The notes under the pieces were generated by a model that worked only from the letters and a program-made list of their open reading frames with translations, did not search any database and was not told where the DNA came from. A stretch of 51,092 nucleotides of DNA, counting the filler, from Porpidia crustulata (Eukaryota): NCBI GenBank assembly GCA_964255105.1. It is 3 parts of 3 records of this genome, joined end to end, with 100 filler letters (N's around TTAATTAATTAA, not from the genome) between each part and the next. Parts side by side here need not be neighbours in the genome. Positions count along the whole stretch, not along the records: positions 34,180 to 51,092 come from CAXUWE010000239.1; 2 more parts are not named here. The stretch is one strand, 5' to 3'. The position numbers and the translations under genes were made by a program. Of the stretch, positions 50,610 to 51,092 are shown in pieces. Each line of letters begins with the position of its first letter. The stretch's first letter is position 1.

Positions 50610-51092
50610 TCAAACTCGACTGCGCCCGTATCTCGACTTTCTGTCGAGTTTCCTCCGTCTGTCGTCCCAGGGTGCTGCACAAACTTCCCCACCGCTCCGT
50701 CGGGAGAGACGTGACCACGAGCCCGGAAATTCTTGCGTATTCGCCCATGCTCTTTCGACACCTTTTATGCCCATCGGCTTTTGTTTCTCAACGTCTTCCT
50801 CCCCCCCCCAGCCCCTGGCAAACGACGACCGCACATGGTGTTTCGCAAAATTTGGTCCCCACGCTCCCACCTTGCCGGTTCCTGGATGTGATCGCGTGGT
50901 CCTGCGACGGGTGTTGGGGCGTCCTCGATGCTGGCAATCGGCGCGGGATAGGGGGAGGTGGGCGGTCGGGTGTGGGTGTGTGTTCGAGATTGGTGGTATC
51001 GTCTTCGGTGGTGGCGCTGTCTTGAGGGGAGGGAGTTTCCGGGACGTGGGGGAGAGCAGCCACTGGTGGGAGTTTGGGGTGCAGTCTACAGG
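50610..51092 (-). CDS. Possible 3' end of an unidentified gene entering from outside the window
   Basis: One minus frame is open from 51092 to TGA 50610 (~160 codons, Pro/Arg-rich). It has no recognisable domain, and high GC makes a chance ORF plausible. Confidence 0.3.
   Translation of the reverse strand, partial: PVDCTPNSHQWLLSPTSRKLPPLKTAPPPKTIPPISNTHPHPTAHLPLSRADCQHRGRPNTRRRTTRSHPGTGKVGAWGPNFAKHHVRSSFARGWGGEEDVEKQKPMGIKGVERAWANTQEFPGSWSRLSRRSGGEVCAAPWDDRRRKLDRKSRYGRSRV

Overview
Gene-dense genomic DNA from a filamentous ascomycete (Pezizomycotina: short GT-AG introns with CTRAY branch sites; lineage not determinable from sequence alone). Two artificial 100-nt gap spacers (N44-TTAATTAATTAA-N44 at 17002-17101 and 34080-34179) split the window into three segments. 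The left end is the edge of a secondary-metabolite locus: a CYP619 (PatH/PatI-like) P450 and a 6-methylsalicylic acid synthase-type PKS (KS-AT-TH-KR-ACP). Both carry an apparent 1-nt frameshift, and the PKS also has substitutions at normally conserved positions, so the cluster may be decaying. Next come a Pol X (Pol4/lambda) gene with a decayed tandem paralog relic upstream, CLF1, and an intact six-exon bacterial-type MgtA-like P3B Mg2+-ATPase. The rest is housekeeping: TeaA/Kel1, KOG1/Raptor, asparagine synthetase, VDAC, a J-domain protein, MetAP2, DES1, SCS2/VAP, a UBA-ZnF-UBX protein and RAD52. I found no rRNA, tRNA, CRISPR or recognisable transposon. Exon models and family assignments were made by eye from motifs; no database searches were run.
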